A stretch of 64,000 nt of DNA from Marispirochaeta sp. (GTDB taxonomy: Bacteria; Spirochaetota; Spirochaetia; JC444; Marispirochaetaceae): assembly GCA_963676835.2 (NCBI GenBank), contig CAXXFF010000002.1, forward strand, positions 448,001 to 512,000, given 5' to 3'. Of this stretch, positions 9,776-18,351 are shown in pieces (position 1 is the stretch's first letter; each line of letters opens with the position of its first letter). Under the pieces are notes generated by a model that saw only the letters and a program-made list of their open reading frames with translations, had not been told where the DNA came from and did no database searches. A program made the translations under genes and the position numbers.

Positions 9776-10555
9776 ATGACATTGTATAAAGACAAATACC
9801 GCATAGAAACCGCCCGGAAACCATGCTGGGACTATTCATCCCCCGGCGGCTACTTCATTACCATCTGTACAAAAAACCGAATTAAATATTTTGGAAAAAT
9901 CAAAAACAGAAAAATGATCTTATCAACAGCCGGAGAAATTGCCGAAAGAGCATGGCAGGAAATTCCAGATCATTTCCAGAATATTTTAATCGATCAATTC
10001 ATCATCATGCCCGATCACATCCATGGAATCTTAATAATATCCCCCCAAATCTTTAAATCCACAGCACCCCTCAATCCCCCGGTACAGACGCCCAAGTTGG
10101 GCGTCTCCACTGATGGGATTTTATTTTCTGAGAGGAATCTTTCCACTGAGAGGAATCTTTCCACTGAGAGGAATCCTTCCACTGAGGGAAATCTTTCCAC
10201 TGAGGGAAATCTTTCCACTAAGGGAAATCTTTCCACTAAGGGAAATCTTTCCACTAAGGGAAATCTTTCCAATAAGGGAAATCTTTCCACTGAGAGAAAT
10301 CTATCCACTGAGAGGAATCCTTCCACAAAGAAAAATTCTCCCAAAAACTGGAATCCCGGATCAATTGGAATAGCAATTAATCAATTCAAGAGGATCTGCA
10401 CAATCAATATCAGAAAAACCATCCCCGATTTTGGATGGCAAACCCGATTTCATGATCACATTATCCGGGATATGGATGCATTCAATCGAATTCGCAACTA
10501 CATTTACTACAATCCTCAAAACTGGAATAAAAAGCGGTACAGGAAAAAATCATAG
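9776..10555 (+). CDS. REP-associated tyrosine transposase (RAYT / TnpA-REP, Y1 HUH family) with repeat insertion
   Basis: YFITICT, MPDHIHGIL (HUH), WQTRFHDHIIRD, IRNYIYYNP (catalytic Tyr). Confidence 0.9.
   Translation: MTLYKDKYRIETARKPCWDYSSPGGYFITICTKNRIKYFGKIKNRKMILSTAGEIAERAWQEIPDHFQNILIDQFIIMPDHIHGILIISPQIFKSTAPLNPPVQTPKLGVSTDGILFSERNLSTERNLSTERNPSTEGNLSTEGNLSTKGNLSTKGNLSTKGNLSNKGNLSTERNLSTERNPSTKKNSPKNWNPGSIGIAINQFKRICTINIRKTIPDFGWQTRFHDHIIRDMDAFNRIRNYIYYNPQNWNKKRYRKKS
10082..10110 (-). repeat. REP-like palindrome inside the RAYT coding sequence
   Basis: Minus strand GTGG-AGACGCCCAA-C-TTGGGCGTCT-GTAC: perfect 10-bp inverted repeat with a GTGG tetranucleotide foot. Confidence 0.75.
10130..10327 (+). 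repeat. In-frame tandem repeat, 11 x 18 bp (E/K-R/G-N-L/P-S-T)
   Basis: Units such as GAGAGGAATCTTTCCACT and AAGGGAAATCTTTCCACT counted directly. Confidence 0.97.
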
Positions 10556-10758
10556 TAGCCACACAGTTAACCATTACCAGAAATTCCGCTTCTCACCTGC
10601 AGCTTTATCCCGCGTAATAATTCCAGAGAGAATCTTCTGAAAATTTTCTGCTCATCAACAGAACAGTATTTTTGCCAAGCAGTTAAGAGCATCTTAAATA
10701 CAGGTTGAGACTGCACGGCAAATATGGCATGCTGAGCCTGCTAAATCCGGAGGATTAT

Positions 10759-11508
10759 ATGAAGTATGAATTGAAAAAGCTGAGTTTCGGAGAAATTCTC
10801 GGCCAGTCATTTAACCTGTACCTGGAAAATTTCCCCCTGTTGTTTGTCATTGCACTCATTTCTGCCGCAGCTTCATACCTGCCAGCAATAGTTGTTCTGT
10901 TCACATTCGGTGGTCCAACAGAATTTTCACCTGTTTTTTCTGTTCTTCTGACACTTTTATTCACTATTCCAGCTACTGCAGTCATCTACGCACTATATAT
11001 TGAAATTTTATCACGACTTTACCTTGAGAAGCCAATTGTATGGAATAAAATCAGAGGAAGACTAACAAAACTAATTATTCCTATTATTCTCCTTACAATT
11101 GTTGTTTCCATACTGGCTGGACTTGCTGCCCTGCTGCTGGTAATCCCTGGCATAATTGTATGGATGAATTATTCACTGGCAACTACAGTAATGGTTATTG
11201 AAGATGCCTCAATTTCCGACTCCATGAAACGAAGTAAATACCTGATAAAAGGGAGCCGGTGGAAAATGTTTGGTTTAATTATTATCGTTTCCATCGTGGG
11301 ACAACTACTAAGTGGACTCGCATCTTACATACCGACTTTCAGCTCAATAATAGTCAGCTCCATAATTACCATCATTTTCAACGCCATAGCCACACCCTTC
11401 AGCCTGTTTATCTATGTGCTGATGTATTTCAATTGCAGGATCGAGAAAGAGGGCTTTGCCCTGGAGCACCTGGCAGAGGCATTTGCTCTGGAATCAGATA
11501 ATCCGTGA
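10759..11508 (+). CDS. Integral membrane protein (DUF975/GPDPase-membrane-like), first gene of MoxR operon
   Basis: GGAGG RBS; LSFGEILGQSF, LLLVIPGI, SMKRSKYLIKG, YFNCRIEKEG. Confidence 0.7.
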   Translation: MKYELKKLSFGEILGQSFNLYLENFPLLFVIALISAAASYLPAIVVLFTFGGPTEFSPVFSVLLTLLFTIPATAVIYALYIEILSRLYLEKPIVWNKIRGRLTKLIIPIILLTIVVSILAGLAALLLVIPGIIVWMNYSLATTVMVIEDASISDSMKRSKYLIKGSRWKMFGLIIIVSIVGQLLSGLASYIPTFSSIIVSSIITIIFNAIATPFSLFIYVLMYFNCRIEKEGFALEHLAEAFALESDNP

Positions 11509-12269
11509 CAATTACCATCGAGAGCCCGGAAAAGATCTCCTTTACCTACGAAACAGCCCCGATAGGCACCCGCATTGGGGGATTTATCATAGATCTTATT
11601 GTTCAGGCTCTTGTTATTATTCTTGCTGCATTGCTCATCGGCTCTTTTCTTATTGCCGATTTCAGCAGTTCCAATGGCTTCTACGGATTGTTATCATTCT
11701 TTTTCATCTTAAGCTTTTCCGTTCAATGGGGGTATTTCGTCTTTTTTGAATCCCTGATGAACGGACAGTCACCGGGGAAAAAACTTACAGGAATAACCGT
11801 AATCAGTGAAAATGGAGAGTTCCTCTCTTTTTCAAGCATCGCTTTAAGAAATCTCATCAGAGTGGTTGATTCCTTTCCGGTACCGGGTTTCCTCGGCGGT
11901 TTAATTGCCATGAAGGATAAAAAATCAAGACGCTTCGGCGACATCACCGCCGGAACCCTGGTAGTAAAGGTCTCAGATACCGTGATTACCGAACCGGATT
12001 TTACAACCTCTCTACGCCCGGAGAGTAATTCTGCTGATATAAATGCTCTTCTTAATAATAGTGGAAAAAAACTGAGCGAAAAAGATCTCTGGCTGATCCG
12101 CACCTTTCTAAATCAGAAATGGAGTCTGCCCGAGGGAAAGCGCCGTGAGGTGATCCAGAAATTCGCCGACGGTCTTCAGCGGAAAATCGGCCACGAAGGC
12201 ACCATAGGCGACCCGCTCACCTTTATAGAGACCGTTTACAGGAACAGCACTAATGAAAACCAAAAGTGA
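11505..12269 (+). CDS. RDD family membrane protein
   Basis: APIGTRIGGFIID, GQSPGKKLTGI, RNLIRVVD, RFGDITAGTLVV. Confidence 0.9.
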   Translation: MTITIESPEKISFTYETAPIGTRIGGFIIDLIVQALVIILAALLIGSFLIADFSSSNGFYGLLSFFFILSFSVQWGYFVFFESLMNGQSPGKKLTGITVISENGEFLSFSSIALRNLIRVVDSFPVPGFLGGLIAMKDKKSRRFGDITAGTLVVKVSDTVITEPDFTTSLRPESNSADINALLNNSGKKLSEKDLWLIRTFLNQKWSLPEGKRREVIQKFADGLQRKIGHEGTIGDPLTFIETVYRNSTNENQK

Positions 12270-13230
12270 ACTGTTTGTTGAGACACGGATAGACCGGTGG
12301 AGAAGACTCCACAGCGTAATTAAACGTATCCCTTCCAGAAAACTGAGCAGGGACGAGATTCTGGAGTTTCCATCCCTCTATCGCCAATCCTGTGCAGACC
12401 TTGCTGAGTCACAAATGTATCAACTCTCTCCGGATGTTCTCGATTATCTTAACAGCCTGGTTGGCACAGCCCACCGGTACCTCTATACATTTCCACCTCT
12501 GAAGAAATCTGCATTTCACACCTTCTTTTCCGAGTATCTCCCGGGAATCGTCGGAAAGCACTATAAATTTGCAATAATCTCTGCACTCTTTTTTCTGATG
12601 CCCTTTTTTGCCGCCCTCATTGGCGTCCAGGCAACACCATCGATTGCAGGGAGCATCGTTTCCCCGGATGTACTGGAAGCCATGGAAGCAAACTATGCCG
12701 AAGGATTAAGCAGCGGACACACTGTCGGGGAAAGCTCCTTCGCCACCTCATTCTACATTCAGCATAATATTTCCATAGCCTTCTACAGCGTGGCTGCCGG
12801 AGTATTTATCGGCCTGGGAACTATCTATTTTCTTGTGTATAACGGACTCACCCTGGGCGCCATTATGGGATATGTCAGCGCCAGAGGATATTCTGCAAAC
12901 CTGATTGAGTTTATATGCGCCCATTCTGTCTTTGAAATAAGCGGCCTTATTATTGCCGGAGCTGCAGGACTGTTTCTCGGCTATACCATACTCAACGGCG
13001 GAAGAAAAAGCAGACAGGAAAGCCTCAAATCCCGCCAGGCGGATTTTCTCACACTGGTCTGCGCTGCTGCACTCCTTATTTTCACTGCGGCTTTCATTGA
13101 AGGGGGAGTCTCGCCCAGGCCGGATATTATCCCGCTTAAAATAGCCATTATTCTGACTTCCCTTTCGGTTATTATTGGCTATTTCATTATCTGGCCCGGA
13201 ATGAAGAAACAGAGGAAAAAGCCGGCATGA
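12253..13230 (+). CDS. SpoIIM-family membrane protein
   Basis: LYRQSCADLA, YLNSLV, HNI..AF, YNGLTLG, HSVFEI, AAFIEG. Confidence 0.88.
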   Translation: MKTKSELFVETRIDRWRRLHSVIKRIPSRKLSRDEILEFPSLYRQSCADLAESQMYQLSPDVLDYLNSLVGTAHRYLYTFPPLKKSAFHTFFSEYLPGIVGKHYKFAIISALFFLMPFFAALIGVQATPSIAGSIVSPDVLEAMEANYAEGLSSGHTVGESSFATSFYIQHNISIAFYSVAAGVFIGLGTIYFLVYNGLTLGAIMGYVSARGYSANLIEFICAHSVFEISGLIIAGAAGLFLGYTILNGGRKSRQESLKSRQADFLTLVCAAALLIFTAAFIEGGVSPRPDIIPLKIAIILTSLSVIIGYFIIWPGMKKQRKKPA

Positions 13231-13844
13231 GATTTCGCCGGATACTCGTTTTAACGCTCCTCATCCTGACAGGGCAATTCCACCTCTTCAGTACCCCTGA
13301 CAACAGTGATGTTGAAAGAGTACATTCCGAAATCCTCGACAATATGAATTCCGGGTTCAGTATTTCACTGCCGCGAATTGCACTGCCTGAAGCCATGGGT
13401 AAAGTTCTGTTTTACCTTATCATTGCAGCTGCAGGAATTTCACTGATACTACTGCTGAAAGGAGTGGTAAGCGGAGTTAATGTTGCCACGGAGTATGTTG
13501 ATTCGGGTGAACCGGGAAGCCGTATCGATATGGCCATTGATACATCCCTCCCCAGCAGTCACCTGCTGCGTCAATCAGCTGCCTTATCCGCCACAGACAG
13601 CAGCAAGGCAATTCTTTTACTCCACAAAGCGTCCATTGTGAGACTGGTTGAAGATGGAATTATTTTCAGAAAAGAAGAACTTACCAATTACGAGATAGCA
13701 GCAAGGCTTTCATCCAACCCGGGAAGAAAGTCCGCCTTCTCAAGCATTGCCCTGATGGCAGAACTGATTGTCTTCAAGCATGAAAGATTTGAACCCTCAG
13801 TCTATCATCAGCTCGCCGGGGATTACCGGAGGGAGTTCCCATGA
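13227..13844 (+). CDS. DUF4129-like membrane protein
   Basis: TM followed by AILLLH...TNYE...F..IVF pattern; operon position. Confidence 0.6.
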   Translation: MRFRRILVLTLLILTGQFHLFSTPDNSDVERVHSEILDNMNSGFSISLPRIALPEAMGKVLFYLIIAAAGISLILLLKGVVSGVNVATEYVDSGEPGSRIDMAIDTSLPSSHLLRQSAALSATDSSKAILLLHKASIVRLVEDGIIFRKEELTNYEIAARLSSNPGRKSAFSSIALMAELIVFKHERFEPSVYHQLAGDYRREFP

Positions 13845-14983
13845 AAACATCCTCCGGCATAAGCAGAATCATCCTGTTTGCCCTCGGTATAACCCTGGTG
13901 CTCTTTGTGGTGATAGTCGAGATCTTCGGGAATCCCGAAACATGGGTAAAAAAGCAATCCATCCGTACCGGAAAACAGGACTCCCGGTATATATTCCTCA
14001 AACTCCTTGAAAAACTCGACTACGACCTTAAACTGTGGACATCAACCCTGCCGCCTCCGGAAGGGAGCCTTGTCATAGTTGCAGATCAGCATGAGCTGGA
14101 CCTGCGCACGGCATATCTTAAAGAGTGGGCAGAGAACAATCGTACTATCATGATTTTCGGCTACAAAGAGACAAGCGGCCTGGCAGAAGGTGTCACCGTA
14201 TATGAATGTGATTTCACCAACGAATTGAAAACCTTCACATCTGATGAAACCAGTGCTTTTAAAGAAGATCTCATTCTTTTCAGGTCACAGTACCTTATGG
14301 ATCTTCGCAACTCGGACTTTTCTCCCCTTTACAGTCACAAGCAGGGAGACCTGTTCGCCTGGAGCTCCGGAAAAAATCTTCTGATCTGTTCTGACAGTGC
14401 ATTTATCCGCAACACCAATCTCGAACAGCTGGATACTGCGATTTTTCTCAATAAGCTGTTATCCCCCTGGTATGGTGAGGAGATATACCTTGCAGCATCT
14501 ACTTTCACCCCTCCAGCCACCGGCCTTGGGCTGGGGTTTCTCTTTAAGGGATATCCCCTCTTTTTTACCTTCCATTTTCTGCTGGCAGCGCTGGTATTCA
14601 TACTCTGGAAAGGCCCCCGTATTGCAGCCCCGAACAGCCCCGCCACCCACAGCCTCCGCCAGATTTCACAGCACCTGAAGGGGGTCGGCTATTTTTATAT
14701 GAGGCAGGATGCCGCGGATATTGTGGAATCAATAAACAGAGACTACTTCGGCAAGAGGCTGCATGAACTGATCGGCCTGCAAAGAAGTATCTCTCCCGGG
14801 GAACTGGCTGAACGTATAAGCACTACCCTGCCGGAAAAAAAAGAAATTATTTACGATCTGCTTATTTCCAGTGAAGCAGTTAATGCCGCAATGCTCCTGG
14901 ATCGGATGAACCAGCGGAGAGAGATACTGGACGATTTTCAGAAAACAGTTTTCAGAAAAAACAGAAAGGAGTTCCCCAAATGA
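13841..14983 (+). CDS. DUF4350-like membrane-anchored protein
   Basis: N-terminal TM, SDSAFIRN, second TM followed by WKGPR and HLKGVGYFY; operon position. Confidence 0.6.
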   Translation: MKTSSGISRIILFALGITLVLFVVIVEIFGNPETWVKKQSIRTGKQDSRYIFLKLLEKLDYDLKLWTSTLPPPEGSLVIVADQHELDLRTAYLKEWAENNRTIMIFGYKETSGLAEGVTVYECDFTNELKTFTSDETSAFKEDLILFRSQYLMDLRNSDFSPLYSHKQGDLFAWSSGKNLLICSDSAFIRNTNLEQLDTAIFLNKLLSPWYGEEIYLAASTFTPPATGLGLGFLFKGYPLFFTFHFLLAALVFILWKGPRIAAPNSPATHSLRQISQHLKGVGYFYMRQDAADIVESINRDYFGKRLHELIGLQRSISPGELAERISTTLPEKKEIIYDLLISSEAVNAAMLLDRMNQRREILDDFQKTVFRKNRKEFPK

Positions 14984-15936
14984 ACACAGCCCAGGTGAAG
15001 GAACTGTACGATAAAGTACGGGAAGAACTGAAGAAGATTATCATCGGCCAGGAGCAGATTATTGAGCATCTGTTGATCAGCCTTTTTGCCGGCGGCCATG
15101 TACTCATAGAAGGTGTCCCCGGACTGGCAAAAACCCTGCTGGCAAAAGGAGTCAGCCGGAGTGTATCCGGCAATTTCGGACGGATTCAGTTTACTCCGGA
15201 CCTTATGCCCTCCGACATAATCGGAACCACCATTTACGACGGCACATCCGGCAGCTTTTCGGTAAAAAAAGGACCGGTATTCTGCAATATACTTTTGGCG
15301 GATGAAATAAACCGCAGCCCGGCAAAGACCCAGTCCGCCCTGCTGCAGGCCATGCAGGAGAAATGTGTAACCATCGACGGGACCGACTATGAAGTCGACT
15401 CTTTTTTCATGTGTATCGCAACCCAGAACCCGATTGAGATGGAAGGAACCTATCCCCTGCCGGAGGCCCAGGTTGACCGCTTTCTTATGAAGCTGAGCAT
15501 TGATTACCCCAGCCTGACAGAGGAGCAGGAGATGCTCATGCGCTACCGGGATGGATTTGATGCGGAACAGATTGAGGCTGCCGGAATAGCCCCTGCAGTC
15601 AGCCGGGATGAAATACTTTCTCTGCAGTCAGCAATGAAGAATGTAGTGGTGGACGACAAGATCATCACCTATATATCTGAGATTGTAGCAAAAACCAGGG
15701 ACTATCCCGGTCTTATCTTCGGCGCATCTCCCCGGGGATGTGTTGCCCTGCTGAAGACCGCCAGAGTGCGTGCAGCATTCCATGGAAGGGACTATGTTGT
15801 TCCCGATGATATCAAGCATCTTGCATATCCGGTGCTCTGCCACCGCATAATTCTCGACGCGGAAGCAGAGATTGAAGGGCTTACTCCCCAGGACTATATC
15901 GACCGGATACTGAAGGAAGTTCAAGTTCCCCGATGA
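14980..15936 (+). CDS. moxR: MoxR-family AAA+ ATPase
   Basis: HVLIEGVPGLAKT, RIQFTPDLMPSDI, LLADEINR, ATQNPIEMEGTYPLPEAQVDRF, GASPR. Confidence 0.96.
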   Translation: MNTAQVKELYDKVREELKKIIIGQEQIIEHLLISLFAGGHVLIEGVPGLAKTLLAKGVSRSVSGNFGRIQFTPDLMPSDIIGTTIYDGTSGSFSVKKGPVFCNILLADEINRSPAKTQSALLQAMQEKCVTIDGTDYEVDSFFMCIATQNPIEMEGTYPLPEAQVDRFLMKLSIDYPSLTEEQEMLMRYRDGFDAEQIEAAGIAPAVSRDEILSLQSAMKNVVVDDKIITYISEIVAKTRDYPGLIFGASPRGCVALLKTARVRAAFHGRDYVVPDDIKHLAYPVLCHRIILDAEAEIEGLTPQDYIDRILKEVQVPR

Positions 15937-17249
15937 GAATCCAGGCAACCCCGAGGCTGTTTACCCTACTCCTGTTTCCCCTTGCCCTGATGACAGCAGG
16001 GCTCTTGAATGTACACCTGATGGTCGCAGGACTGCTGGCGGATCTCGCCCTGATACTCATTGCCCTGACCGACGGAATAAACACCCCTTCTTCCGGCAGA
16101 ATGAAGACAGATGTGCATATACCGGCTATATGCTCCATCGGAAGAAAGAATTCTTTCCGGATAACCGTATCAAATCCTTTTAAAGCATCCGTCAAGGTTC
16201 TGCCTCTATTTGATGTTCCCGCCGACTGGAACGATTATTCAGAAACAAAAACAGTAGAGATACCTTCCGGAACAAGCCACACCTTCAACTGCCCCCTGCA
16301 GCCCATGCGCCGGGGAAAATACATAATAGCAAACCTTAATGTAGCGGTTACTTCTCCTCTGGGGCTGTTCCGAATAGTTAAAACTCTGCCCCAGAACAGG
16401 ACGGCAGAAGTTTTTCCCGATGTAATGAACCTGAACCAGTATCTAACCCTGGCCCGGAACAATCCCCTGGCCCATGCGGGCTTCCACCGTTCCGCCCGGG
16501 CTGGAAGCGGAACAGAACTCGATTATCTCCGTGATTACACCCGGGATGACGAGTTCCGAAGAATTGACTGGAATGCCAGTACAAGGCTTAACCGTCCAAT
16601 AACCAAGGTGTTTCAGCATGATACCTCGGGGTCCGTGCTTTTTGTCCTCGACCGCGGCAGGCTCATGACCACCGAGATAGACGGGCTTTCCATGTTGGAT
16701 GCTGCAGTAAACTCGGTTCTCCTCCTGGCCAACATTGCCATAAGAACCGGGGACAGCATCGGGATAGTAACCTTTTCAGACACCGTGAAGGATGTGCTGC
16801 CCTTTACCAAGGGAAAAAGCGGACTGCGCACAGCAAGCCGCTTTCTTACCGGCATTCAGGCGGAGAGTGTTGAATCCAACTACGACCTGCTTTTCCGCTA
16901 CCTGCGCTCCTCGATAAAAAAACGCTGCCTTATGGTTTTTATCTCCGATATTGTGGACGCCATCAATTATTCCCTGTTCAAGAGTCACCTTGCGTTTTTG
17001 AATAAACGCCACCTTACCCTGTTATTGCTCCTGAGAGACAAGGTACTGGAGCAGACAGCAGAACAGGATACGGAAGACCTTGAAAATCTGTATGAATCCG
17101 CCGCCGCCAAGGAGATGCTCCTGCAGCGCAGAAACCTGATACGAAAGTTCAAAAGCAGCGGGATCCCCTGCCTGGACCTGCTGCCAGCGGAGGTTTCCCC
17201 GCGGCTTATGGAAAAGTACATGGAGATTAAGGCGCGGAATCTGCTGTAG
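15933..17249 (+). CDS. DUF58 (vWA-like) protein
   Basis: RRGKY, GTELDYLRDYTRDDEFRRIDWNASTR, LDRGRLM, VFISD. Confidence 0.9.
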   Translation: MRIQATPRLFTLLLFPLALMTAGLLNVHLMVAGLLADLALILIALTDGINTPSSGRMKTDVHIPAICSIGRKNSFRITVSNPFKASVKVLPLFDVPADWNDYSETKTVEIPSGTSHTFNCPLQPMRRGKYIIANLNVAVTSPLGLFRIVKTLPQNRTAEVFPDVMNLNQYLTLARNNPLAHAGFHRSARAGSGTELDYLRDYTRDDEFRRIDWNASTRLNRPITKVFQHDTSGSVLFVLDRGRLMTTEIDGLSMLDAAVNSVLLLANIAIRTGDSIGIVTFSDTVKDVLPFTKGKSGLRTASRFLTGIQAESVESNYDLLFRYLRSSIKKRCLMVFISDIVDAINYSLFKSHLAFLNKRHLTLLLLLRDKVLEQTAEQDTEDLENLYESAAAKEMLLQRRNLIRKFKSSGIPCLDLLPAEVSPRLMEKYMEIKARNLL

Positions 17250-17395
17250 GTCCATATTATTTCTTCTGCCCGGCCTCCAGATTTCATTATAGAGACTCTG
17301 TATTCTTCATTGATAATGCAATATTTAATTTTTCCCGAACAGATATATTGAATTCTCATTCCTTTTCAATAAGCTTGAGTGTAGGAGATGGAGAA

Positions 17396-18295
17396 ATGAG
17401 AACCACTTTCACTTTGTTGTCACTTATATTAATCATTAGTTTAAGCTTTTTTACCGCATGTGACAGCGGCGGCGCAGGAAGTTCAGATAGCAGTACAACT
17501 ATTTCAATTGCATCGATATCCGGTGTCACCGCACCGGTAATCGGGGAAACACCTGTATCAGCAATTACCGAAACAGCCCAGTATACCGGTACCGTTACCT
17601 GGGATGGAGGCTGGGGCTGGTCATCATATTTTGGCGGCAATAAAGCCTATACTGCCACTATTACCCTTACAGCAAAGTCCGGTTTTACCCTCTCGGGCGT
17701 ATCTACAGATTATTTTTCAGTCACTGGTGCAACATCTGTAAATAACAGCGCCAATTCCGGTGTAATTACAGCTGTCTTCCCGGCGACAGCTACTGTGGCT
17801 ATAGGAGATTCAGCCTGCGGAGGAATAGTTACCTATATTCTCGAATCCGGTGATACCGGTTATGTTACAGGAGAACAACGCGGATTGGTAGCTGCAGCTG
17901 CCGATCAGAGCTCGGGTATAATCTGGGCAATTTCAGCATATCAGTCGACATCGGTTCCTGCAGGAACCGATACCGCCCAGGGTACTGGGTCAGACAATAC
18001 TACCAATATCATAGATCAAAATGGTGCTGGGACCACATATGCTGCAGGCATTGCCCTGGCATGCACTGACGGCAGCTATGATGACTGGTTTTTGCCGTCC
18101 TGGGATGAACTGACTACATTTTTTGATTATGATGCTGTATCGCCACTTTCTAGCCTGAATCTGTCCGGCAGCCCGTATTGGAGTTCATCAGAATTTTCAG
18201 CAACTGCAGCTAAAGCCCTTAATCCCGGAAACGGGAACGCGCATAATGATGGCAAAACAACAACATGGCTGGTTCGTTCCGTCAGGTATTTTTAA
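17396..18295 (+). CDS. Lipoprotein with C-terminal DUF1566/Lcl (C-type lectin fold) domain
   Basis: Lipobox FTAC; Ser/Thr-rich Ig-like region; GGIV, DDWFLPSWDEL, YWSSSE, VRSVRYF. Confidence 0.8.
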   Translation: MRTTFTLLSLILIISLSFFTACDSGGAGSSDSSTTISIASISGVTAPVIGETPVSAITETAQYTGTVTWDGGWGWSSYFGGNKAYTATITLTAKSGFTLSGVSTDYFSVTGATSVNNSANSGVITAVFPATATVAIGDSACGGIVTYILESGDTGYVTGEQRGLVAAAADQSSGIIWAISAYQSTSVPAGTDTAQGTGSDNTTNIIDQNGAGTTYAAGIALACTDGSYDDWFLPSWDELTTFFDYDAVSPLSSLNLSGSPYWSSSEFSATAAKALNPGNGNAHNDGKTTTWLVRSVRYF

Positions 18296-18307
18296 CTAGG
18301 ATCAATT

Positions 18308-18332
18308 ATCCCGGGTATCTAATACCCGGGAT
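18308..18332. terminator. Hairpin between convergent genes (probable bidirectional terminator)
   Basis: ATCCCGGGTAT-CTA-ATACCCGGGAT perfect 11-bp stem. Confidence 0.65.
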
Positions 18333-18351
18333 TTCAACTGAATAATCAACC

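Noticed and set aside
10130..10327. Tandem array as a CRISPR array
   Set aside because: Contiguous 18-bp units with no unique spacers, in frame in a CDS, no cas genes
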